This document shows positions 56,643-64,000 of a stretch of DNA of 64,000 nt, piece after piece. The translations under genes and the position numbers were made by a program. Origin of the DNA: Candidatus Eiseniibacteriota bacterium. GTDB taxonomy: Bacteria; Eisenbacteria; RBG-16-71-46; CAZAMP01. The stretch is from positions 2,528,001-2,592,000 of the forward strand of contig OZ245046.1 in the NCBI GenBank assembly GCA_965224245.1. Reading direction: 5' to 3'. Within the stretch, counting starts at the first letter, position 1. Every line of letters starts with the position of its first letter. The notes under the pieces were generated by a model. The model ran no database searches and was not told the origin of the DNA. It saw only the letters and a list, made by a program, of their open reading frames with translations.

Positions 56643-57194
56643 ATGCACGTGCACGCCGCCATTCTCGCGGGCGGCCGGAGCCGCCGGTTCGGGTCGGACA
56701 AGGCCCGCGCGGTGGTCGAAGGGAGCCCGCTCATCCTCCGGGTCGTCGAGGCGGTCCGGCCGGTCGCGGGATCGATCCTGGTCGTGGCCGACGAGCCCGA
56801 CAAGTACGCCGATCTCGGCCTGTCGACCGTCGCCGACCCGATCCCGGACGCCGGTCCGATGAGCGGCCTGGCGGGCGCGCTCGCGCGGCTGCCGGCCGGC
56901 TTCGGCCTGGTGCTTCCCTGCGACCTGATCGGGCTGCGCACGCCGTGGCTTCGCACCCTCCGGGGGGCGGCCGACGACGAGGTGGACGCGGTGGTGTTCG
57001 AGTCGGACCGCCTCGAGCCGCTTCCCGGGCTGTATCACACGCGACTGGCCACCGAAGCCCTCGTCCGGGCACGCTCGGGCCCCCGGGCCCTCGTCCGGCT
57101 CCTCGCCGACGTCCGCACCCGCCGGCTGCCCGCGCCGGGAGACTGGGCCCGCATCGGTCGGGTCACCCGGCCCTCGGATCTGCCCGCGGATTGA
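56643..57194 (+). CDS. mobA: Molybdenum cofactor guanylyltransferase
   Basis: ILAGGRSRRFGSDKA, GPMSGL, PCDL, EPL.GLY; TAGAGT 6 nt before ATG suggests a leaderless mRNA. Confidence 0.88.
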   Translation: MHVHAAILAGGRSRRFGSDKARAVVEGSPLILRVVEAVRPVAGSILVVADEPDKYADLGLSTVADPIPDAGPMSGLAGALARLPAGFGLVLPCDLIGLRTPWLRTLRGAADDEVDAVVFESDRLEPLPGLYHTRLATEALVRARSGPRALVRLLADVRTRRLPAPGDWARIGRVTRPSDLPAD

Positions 57195-57315
57195 CCCCCG
57201 CGGGGGCTTCCGCTAAGTTTCGCCCGCTCGTGTTCCGCCCGTCCGGTACCCGCGCGCGCGCGGCACGTCGACGGCATGGCTGTTCCACTCTCCTCGCACG
57301 CGGGAGCTCCCGGCG

Positions 57316-57891
57316 GTGACCTCGGATCTCGACCTCCCGCTCTCGGCGGCCCGCGCTCGCCTCCGTGATCTCATCTGCGAGCTGAGCCTCCGGTTCGGCG
57401 AGTTCGTGCTCGCGTCGGGCGCGAAGAGCGATCACTACGTCGATCTGCGCCGCACGACGACCCACCCCGAGGGCGCACTCCTGTCGGCGCGGCTGCTGCT
57501 GGATCGGATACCCCCGTCGATCCATGCGATCGGCGGCCCGACACTCGGGGCGGATCCGATCCTGGGCGCGCTCGCCGTCGTGGGTCAGCTACGGGGGACG
57601 CCGAGGTCGGTCTTCATCGTGCGCAAGGCGGCCAAGACCCACGGGGCCGGGCGCCAGATCGAGGGACACCTGGAACCGGGTCAGCACGTCGCGGTACTCG
57701 ACGACGTGGTCACCGGCGGCGGATCGATCATGGTCGCCATCGACGCGGCCGTGCGGGCGGGTGCGATCGTGGATCGCGTCCTGTGCATCGTCGATCGACG
57801 AGCCGGGCGGGGCGGTCCGCTGGCCGACGCCGGGTTCGAGCTGGACGCACTCTTCACGATCGAGGAGATCCTGGATGCCGCACGCGCGTGA
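57316..57891 (+). CDS. pyrE: Orotate phosphoribosyltransferase
   Basis: F.LASG.KS.HYVD, GGPTLGADP, VRK..K.HG, VLDDVVTGGGS. Confidence 0.95.
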   Translation: MTSDLDLPLSAARARLRDLICELSLRFGEFVLASGAKSDHYVDLRRTTTHPEGALLSARLLLDRIPPSIHAIGGPTLGADPILGALAVVGQLRGTPRSVFIVRKAAKTHGAGRQIEGHLEPGQHVAVLDDVVTGGGSIMVAIDAAVRAGAIVDRVLCIVDRRAGRGGPLADAGFELDALFTIEEILDAARA

Positions 57892-58318
57892 CTGTCCCAG
57901 GTGCGGCCACCGGCTCCCTCCCCGCGGACCGGCGGTGACGGTCGACGTGATCGTGCAGAACGCGCGAGGCGAGGTCGTCCTGATCGAGCGACGCCATCCC
58001 CCACACGGGTGGGCGCTGCCCGGCGGGTTCGTCGACCGGGGCGAGCGAGTCGAGGTCGCCGCCCGGCGCGAGGTCCGCGAGGAGACGCACCTCGACGTGA
58101 ACCCCCTGCACCTCGTCGGCGTCTACTCCGATCCCGCGCGCGATCCGCGGGGCCACACGGTCACGATCGTGTTCAGCACCCGGTGCGACGACGAGCCCCG
58201 GGCCGACGACGACGCCGTCTCGGTCGGCGTGTTCCCGATCGACGCCCTTCCGGCGGAGATGGCCTTCGATCACCGCGAGATCATCACCGACTTCGTTTCG
58301 CGGGGGGCCGACGCGTGA
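57875..58318 (+). CDS. NUDIX hydrolase with N-terminal CxxC
   Basis: WALPGGFVDRGE....AARREVREET, YSDPARDPRGH. Confidence 0.92.
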   Translation: MPHARDCPRCGHRLPPRGPAVTVDVIVQNARGEVVLIERRHPPHGWALPGGFVDRGERVEVAARREVREETHLDVNPLHLVGVYSDPARDPRGHTVTIVFSTRCDDEPRADDDAVSVGVFPIDALPAEMAFDHREIITDFVSRGADA

Positions 58319-60003
58319 TCACGCGAGTGCTCGGGGTGGTCCTGGCGTGCGCGGTGCTCTGTCCGAGCGCCCACGCCGGGGGCGACGGGGTCTCGATCGA
58401 CTCGGTCACCACCAGTCGGGTGAGCATCGGCGCCGATCCGGAGTTCGCCTCGATGGACATCGACGTCGCGTACTCCGCCACGGGCTCCCCGGTGCTCCTG
58501 ACCGGCGAGCTCCATCGTGACGGGGTCCGTCGCGCGACCATCTTCCAGTCCAACCGGGTGACGGCGGTCGACACCCTCTCGGTCACCTGGGACGGTACCG
58601 ACCTCGACGGCCTTCCGGTCGCCGACGGCGTCTATCGCCTCCTGGTGAGCGCCGCGCTCGGCGACTCGGTCGCCCTCTCCGACTCGGTGCGCGTGGTCGT
58701 CGACAAGACCGCGCCACAGGTCCTGTCGATCTTCCTGACCGGACCCCAGGGGGCCTACCAGAACGGCGACTACGTGCAGCTCCGCGCGCGCTTCGACGAC
58801 GACCCCGACAGCCTCCGCCTCGAGGTCACCGCCGACGAGAACACCGACCACTGGGCCACGGCCTCGTTTCTACCGCTGGGCGATGCGACGTACGACGTTC
58901 TCTATCGCATCAGCGACGACAACCCGGCCCCGGACGCGCGCGGCCGTCCGATCAACGTCATCGTGGCCGACAGCCTCAGAAACGAGTCCACGAACAACGA
59001 CATCGTCATCTGCCTGTCGAACCATCCCCCGATCTTCGACCGGCTGGAGCTGATCGACGCCGCGGGCGACTCGGTCGTGCCCGGCATCGTCTACACGCGC
59101 GGACAGACCGTCCGCCTGCGCGGCTTCGTCCAGTCGCCCCGGATCCCGGCCGAGGCACCGGCGGTCCTCTCGTTCACGCCCGACTTCTCCAGGATCGACA
59201 CCGAGTTCAACCCGGTCACCCGACCGGCCACCATCGACACGACGTACGCGCTGGCGAAGGAAGACGCCCCGGACTCGCTCCTCGCCGACGGCTACCAGTC
59301 GATCGTCGCGGTCGAGATCTCGTATACCCTGTCCGAGCTGAACCTGCGTCTCGAGGGCACGTACGACGTCCCGGTCGAGGTCGCCGACAACGGATGCGGG
59401 ACGGATCCGTTCACGCCGGCCATTCGCCTGCGGCTGGGCGACCTCGGTCCCCCGATGCCCACCCTGAACGGCTTCGCGAGCGAGATCACCGCGGCCGAGT
59501 CGGTCCGGGTCGCCGGGACCGCACCGGACGCGCTCCGCGTCGAGGTCCGGCGAAACGGCGAGGCCCCGGGGATCGACGCCACGCTGGACGAGGTCACCGG
59601 CGACTACGAGGCCACGATTGCGCTCGACCCCGGCGAGAACGAGATCGTCGCGATCGCCTACGGTCCCTTCAACCACCCATCGGCGCCGTCACCGACCCGA
59701 CGCATCTACCGCGAGACCGAGGAGCGGATCGAGATCAACGAGCGCTTCCGTCCCGGTGACGAGATCACCGTCACCACGTTCGACGCACCCGATCGCATCG
59801 AGCTCGACGTCTGGAATCTCGCACGGGACCTCATCCACCACGACGAGGCGCTCGATCCCGGTGAGCTGCACGCGTTCGTGTGGAACGGCCGCAACCTCGA
59901 CGGCGCCGAGGTGCTGAGCGGCCCCTACATCGCCCAGATCACGTTTCACCGGCCCTCGGGCACGTCGCGAATCGCGCGCGCGCTCGTCTTCACGCGAAAG
60001 TGA
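58315..60003 (+). CDS. Secreted multi-Ig-like protein with FlgD-Ig-like domains at both ends
   Basis: Signal peptide; VTWDGTDLDGLPVADGVY near the N-terminus and VWNGRNLDGAEVLSGPY at the C-terminus; GTG overlaps the NUDIX stop. Confidence 0.78.
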   Translation: MITRVLGVVLACAVLCPSAHAGGDGVSIDSVTTSRVSIGADPEFASMDIDVAYSATGSPVLLTGELHRDGVRRATIFQSNRVTAVDTLSVTWDGTDLDGLPVADGVYRLLVSAALGDSVALSDSVRVVVDKTAPQVLSIFLTGPQGAYQNGDYVQLRARFDDDPDSLRLEVTADENTDHWATASFLPLGDATYDVLYRISDDNPAPDARGRPINVIVADSLRNESTNNDIVICLSNHPPIFDRLELIDAAGDSVVPGIVYTRGQTVRLRGFVQSPRIPAEAPAVLSFTPDFSRIDTEFNPVTRPATIDTTYALAKEDAPDSLLADGYQSIVAVEISYTLSELNLRLEGTYDVPVEVADNGCGTDPFTPAIRLRLGDLGPPMPTLNGFASEITAAESVRVAGTAPDALRVEVRRNGEAPGIDATLDEVTGDYEATIALDPGENEIVAIAYGPFNHPSAPSPTRRIYRETEERIEINERFRPGDEITVTTFDAPDRIELDVWNLARDLIHHDEALDPGELHAFVWNGRNLDGAEVLSGPYIAQITFHRPSGTSRIARALVFTRK

Positions 60004-60007
60004 GACC

Positions 60008-60973
60008 GTGATGCACGCCACCCCGACCTCCCGATCGGCGTTGCTCGCGCTCGCGGCGGCATGCGGCGTGGCGTCGCTCGTGGCCGGGCCGGCGGGCGCG
60101 CAGACCACGGGCGCGTTCGCCATACGCGGGGGCTCGGCGCGCTCGGCCGTGTGGAACGAGGCCTTCGGGGCCGTCGGAGGCGACGCGGACGCCGGCTACT
60201 GGAACCCCGCGTCGCTGATCCGCGTGGACCGGCCGCATCTTCAGGCCACCTATCACGACGTGTACGGTCTGGGACTGGCTCACTACACGTCTCTGGACCT
60301 CGCGTGGCGCCGCGGCTCCGAGACGCTGTCCGAGTCCGGTGACACGCTCTACGTGACGACGCGTCCGGCGGACGGGTGGGCCTACTCGGTGGGAATCGAC
60401 GTGCTGGCGCTGGAGCTGGAGTCGGATTCCTACAACGAGTTCCGACCGTCGGTGACCGTGGCGGCGCCGATGGCCGGTGGCGGTGCAGTCGGGGCCAGCG
60501 TCCGCTACCTGCGTGCGTCGTCGAGCCTGCGCGAGGTCAGCGCGACCGGGTACGCGTTCGACGTCGGGATCCACCAGCCCCTCACCGACCGGATCGACGT
60601 GGGCATCTGGATCCAGAACCTCCTGGCGCGGCTGTCGTGGAAGGCCGGCCGCGAGGAGCCCCAGCGGCGCGAGACCGGCGGCGCGATCGCGTTCCGTCCC
60701 GCTTCGCGCATCAAGCTGGGCGCGGGCGCGCAGGGCGAGCTCGGCGACTCGGGAATCGACCGCATGTCGGCGGCCGCCGAGGTCGAAGTCCTGCCCGGTC
60801 AGTGGGCGCTGATGGGCGGGGTGGCGTCACGTCGATCGGGAGCCGACCGCGAGGCCTCGGCCCGGTTCGGCACGTGGGTCGAGGTCCAGCGCATCCGAGC
60901 GGACTACGCCTACGTCCCCGAAGCCGAGACGCCGGGCGACACCCACCAGGTCACGTTGCTCGTCCGCTTCTGA
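60008..60973 (+). CDS. PorV/PorQ-family outer-membrane barrel (second paralogue)
   Basis: SARSA...AFGAV.GDADA.YWNPASL, C-terminal DYAY....GDTHQVTLLVRF. Confidence 0.75.
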   Translation: MMHATPTSRSALLALAAACGVASLVAGPAGAQTTGAFAIRGGSARSAVWNEAFGAVGGDADAGYWNPASLIRVDRPHLQATYHDVYGLGLAHYTSLDLAWRRGSETLSESGDTLYVTTRPADGWAYSVGIDVLALELESDSYNEFRPSVTVAAPMAGGGAVGASVRYLRASSSLREVSATGYAFDVGIHQPLTDRIDVGIWIQNLLARLSWKAGREEPQRRETGGAIAFRPASRIKLGAGAQGELGDSGIDRMSAAAEVEVLPGQWALMGGVASRRSGADREASARFGTWVEVQRIRADYAYVPEAETPGDTHQVTLLVRF

Positions 60974-61025
60974 CTCGGGCTCCCGGCACGCGTCACGTTC
61001 CGCCGGCGCGCGAGGGGCGCGTGGA

Positions 61026-61523
61026 TCACCAGCAATACGACGACGAGTAGTAGTGATGCCAGGGATTCGAGTACCCGAAGCCGACGTGACGGTGACGCGG
61101 CCAGCGATGCCAGTAGCGGTACCGGTAGGGATACCGGTAGGCGCCGTACACCACGACGCGGTCGCGCGAGGCGGCCCTGTTCAGCGCGTCGAGCTCGCGC
61201 TCGGCCGCATCGCGTGCGTCCCGGAGATCCTCGACGTGGTCGTCCCGGACACCGGTGGCCACGAGCGCGGCGATGACCTCACCGGACACCCCGCGCGTGT
61301 GCAGGCGCAGGATCTCCTCGGTGGAGAGATGGAAGACCTGTCCGGTGGCGCGGATCTGGGACGTGATGACGTCGTCGGCGACACCGGCTTCCGACAGCGC
61401 TTCGACGTCGCGGAGCGTCATGGCGGCGCCGTCGCCGGCGGACTCGCCTGCTCGTGTCGACGGTGCGGCCACGAGCAGGGCGAAGGCGAGGGCCGCCGCG
61501 GTCATCGTGCGAACGTTCGGCAT
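61026..61523 (-). CDS. Secreted hypothetical protein with duplicated helical motif and Tyr/Arg/His-rich tail
   Basis: RBS gaggagg, signal peptide, L..AGV.D.VI / L...GVS..VI repeats. Confidence 0.72.
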   Translation of the reverse strand: MPNVRTMTAAALAFALLVAAPSTRAGESAGDGAAMTLRDVEALSEAGVADDVITSQIRATGQVFHLSTEEILRLHTRGVSGEVIAALVATGVRDDHVEDLRDARDAAERELDALNRAASRDRVVVYGAYRYPYRYRYWHRWPRHRHVGFGYSNPWHHYYSSSYCW

Positions 61524-61617
61524 CGTCGCCTCCTCGGAATCGATCGTGACCCGGGGTCCAGGGCGGGTGGATCGATCGTGGTCGTGGTGCAAGCCTATCA
61601 ACGGCCTCCGCGAGCGG

Positions 61618-63603
61618 TCAACGCACCGGCGCCCGAGTCGTGTCCGCCTGCGCCCCGGACGCCACACGCCACACGCGCCAGTGGTCGTTCCGAGCCTCTC
61701 CCAGTCGCGCGTCGAGCACCAGGCGGAGCCCCGGGGCCGTCTGGAGATCGGACCGGAACGGCGCTCGATCCACGATCAGATCGACTCCCCGCGACCGAGC
61801 CTCCCCGAGCACGTCGCGGGCGACGACGCTCTCGTCCGGCCAGGGATCGGGCACGACCCGGTTCGCGAGCCGGACGCCCGCGAGCGCGTAGTTGTCGGTC
61901 GGGTGCCCGGACAGGTTCCACACGCTCGTCCCGTCCGCTACCTGATCGAACAGCGGTGGGTATCGGTATGTTCCCGCCCGATCGGTGCGACCGTCGGCCA
62001 GTCGCTCGGCCAGCCGGTAGGCCGGGAGGTAGGTCGAGATCGCCAGCGTGACGACCGCGGCCAGGGTCCCGAGCGTCCGGAACGACACGCGTGCGTGCCG
62101 GTCGAGGACGGCGAGGAGCGGCGTGGCGGACACCACGGCGAGCGCGAGCACCGGCAACCCGAACCGGGGCAGGCGCCGCAGCGCCACCCACCACACGAGC
62201 CCCAGCGCGAGCGTCAGGAGCAGGATCGCGGTACGGCGCGTCCGGAGGCAGGCGACGAGCGACCGTCCGGGCTCCGGGGCCCCCTGACGATCGCCTCCGT
62301 GGCGCCGGGCGCGACGGAGATCGCGCGCGAGCCGCCAACCCCCCAGCGCGAGCCCCATTGGGACGAACGTCGCGAACAGCGCACCGAGCCCGGTACCGGT
62401 GCCGTACGCGTACCCCGAGCGCTTCGGCTCGACCCACGGGTAGACCAGCCACTGCCAGCGATGGGCGACGATCTCCCGCTCGTAGTCGTGGGGCGTGATC
62501 TCGGCGGGTGCAACGCCGTCGAGGAGCGTCCGGCCCGCGACCTCGACCTCCAGGGGATGCGCCGGGTTCCCGGTCGCGACGCCCGCGCGCACGAACCAGA
62601 AGACGCTCGACAGCGCCAGCACGACCGTCGCGAGCGCCAGCGCGCGACCCACGTACCGCGCGCGCCGGCGCGCGACGTCGCGCCCGGCGAGCGCACCGAT
62701 CCCGATCACCGCCGCCACGGCGTAGACCCAGAACGTCGGCTTCGTTCCCACCGCGAGCCCCAGCGACAGCGCGCTCAGCACGAGCATCGCGGCTCGCCAG
62801 CGATGCGGATCGGTGCCGGGCGCGGGGTCGTTGCGGGCACTCGCGAGCGCGGCCGCGATCAGCACCAGCGCCGCGCCGAAGAGGTCCAGGTATCCGCTGA
62901 ACGCCTGGAACTGCACGACGGGCAGCGTCGCGAACGCGAGCGTGGTCCACCGGACCGCGGCGCGGCGGTGTGTCAGGCGCGCCGCCAGCTCCGCCACCGC
63001 CGTGCACGCGGCGCCGTACGCGATCCAGTTGCCGATCGTGGCCAGACGCTCGGCGCCCAGGGCGAGCATCGACAGGATCGTGAGCTCGAAGTTCCCGGGC
63101 AATGCGAACCGCCAGTCGGGTGCGGCTCCGATGGCCAGGCTCCCGGTCTGAAGCCACCGCACCGCGACCGGTAGATGATAGACGAGCGCGTCCCAGCCCG
63201 ATGGACCGGACGTGAGCGAGTTGGCCAGGAACACCGCCAGGGACGCCGCCACGAGCCCCGAGACGATCGCCGTCGCGCGGTCGGTCCGCGTGCGCGTGAT
63301 GCCCGCCGATCCCCGCCCCCCGGACCCGAGGCCGGCGTCGGCGGAGGCGCCGGTCATCCACCGGATCCCCAGGATCCACGCCCCCACCAGCACAACCGTC
63401 GACGGGAACGACAGCCCCCATCGAGCCGTCCCGGTGAGCACCTCGGAGAGGCCGACCACGTGAAACGGCAGGATCCAGATCGAGAGCACCGCGAGCACGA
63501 GCACGAGCGCTCGTCGCCTCGCGGTGACGGCGGCCAGCGTCCTCGCCAGGAACGGCGTCACGAGCGCGAGCACCGAGAGCTGACAGACGATCGCGGTGTG
63601 CAT
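61618..63603 (-). CDS. Polytopic membrane protein, GT-C (ArnT/PMT-like) glycosyltransferase-like
   Basis: More than 12 TM segments, WDALVYHLP, GYLDL, LAVGTKP, GNPAHP, PRFGLP. Confidence 0.65.
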   Translation of the reverse strand: MHTAIVCQLSVLALVTPFLARTLAAVTARRRALVLVLAVLSIWILPFHVVGLSEVLTGTARWGLSFPSTVVLVGAWILGIRWMTGASADAGLGSGGRGSAGITRTRTDRATAIVSGLVAASLAVFLANSLTSGPSGWDALVYHLPVAVRWLQTGSLAIGAAPDWRFALPGNFELTILSMLALGAERLATIGNWIAYGAACTAVAELAARLTHRRAAVRWTTLAFATLPVVQFQAFSGYLDLFGAALVLIAAALASARNDPAPGTDPHRWRAAMLVLSALSLGLAVGTKPTFWVYAVAAVIGIGALAGRDVARRRARYVGRALALATVVLALSSVFWFVRAGVATGNPAHPLEVEVAGRTLLDGVAPAEITPHDYEREIVAHRWQWLVYPWVEPKRSGYAYGTGTGLGALFATFVPMGLALGGWRLARDLRRARRHGGDRQGAPEPGRSLVACLRTRRTAILLLTLALGLVWWVALRRLPRFGLPVLALAVVSATPLLAVLDRHARVSFRTLGTLAAVVTLAISTYLPAYRLAERLADGRTDRAGTYRYPPLFDQVADGTSVWNLSGHPTDNYALAGVRLANRVVPDPWPDESVVARDVLGEARSRGVDLIVDRAPFRSDLQTAPGLRLVLDARLGEARNDHWRVWRVASGAQADTTRAPVR

Positions 63604-63609
63604 GGGGTC

Positions 63610-63777
63610 TCAGCGTCCCGTGACGTGGCCGAGCAGGCGGAGGACCGAGTCGACGAAGCCTCGAAGCGCCTGGTTCACGACGAGGAACACGGCCAGACTG
63701 ATCGCGCAGCCCACGAGGAGCTCTCGCCCCGGAGCGCGGGCCGCTTCCGATCGATCTCGACGAGACGCGAACGTCAT
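63610..63777 (-). CDS. Small single-TM protein (55 aa)
   Basis: Strong RBS gaggaagggg, one hydrophobic segment, stop 6 bp before the next gene. Confidence 0.55.
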   Translation of the reverse strand: MTFASRRDRSEAARAPGRELLVGCAISLAVFLVVNQALRGFVDSVLRLLGHVTGR

Positions 63778-63800
63778 CGGGGTCCCCCTTCCTCGGTCGG

Positions 63801-63828
63801 TTATCGACCATGGGACGGGACGGCTGGA
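63801..63828 (-). promoter_or_regulatory. Candidate sigma28-like promoter
   Basis: TCCAG-N15-GTCGATAA directly upstream of the RBS. Confidence 0.5.
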
Positions 63829-64000
63829 CACCGGGGTCCGGGCATGCCGCCCGGACGGCGTCTCGGAGCGGCCGGCGTCGAACGACGAGCCCCTCGGTCA
63901 CGAGCGTGAGGCCGCCGATCGGATGGCACGTGACGGGCGAACGGGGCGGGAGCGTGTCGGGAGACGTCCACCGGCCGACATCGGCCACGACGCGGCGCGA

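Noticed and set aside
63610-63777. Flp/Tad pilin
   Set aside because: No G|xxxxEY class III cleavage motif.

Overview
GC-rich bacterial chromosomal segment, mostly minus-strand operons. No rRNA, tRNA or CRISPR array was recognised. The gene mix (PorU/PorV, FlgD-Ig-type C-terminal domains, deltaproteobacterial-style type IVa pili) suggests an FCB-related lineage such as Eisenbacteria/Krumholzibacteria/Latescibacteria; this is inference only. Contents: (1) 1-15.4 kb, a complete type IVa pilus cluster pilB-T-C-S-R-A-ABC ATPase-permease-TPR-pilD-M-N-O-P-Q (pilQ truncated by the window edge), with a consensus sigma54 promoter and a terminator for pilA. (2) 15.6-20.8 kb, TPR protein, ECF S component, outer-membrane barrel and ComEA-like gene. 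(3) hutU/hutI split by a secreted TolB-like protein, then a DinG-family helicase, ligA and a fused membrane/SAM-domain/TPR protein. (4) 33.9-48.5 kb, a T9SS-like run: porU, porV, two paralogous secreted proteins, an NHL lipoprotein, a 1166-aa barrel protein with SprA-like motifs and an Omp85. (5) 50.2-52.5 kb, an IS110-family (IS1111-like) element with a long structured right end, inserted among copies of a ~150-bp stem-loop repeat. (6) accA, M23 peptidase, FN3 lipoprotein, a candidate sRNA, mobA, pyrE, NUDIX, an Ig/FlgD protein with a second PorV-family gene, and a GT-C-like membrane protein. A recurring sigma28-like promoter motif precedes several units. All calls come from reading motifs by eye; no searches or folding programs were run.
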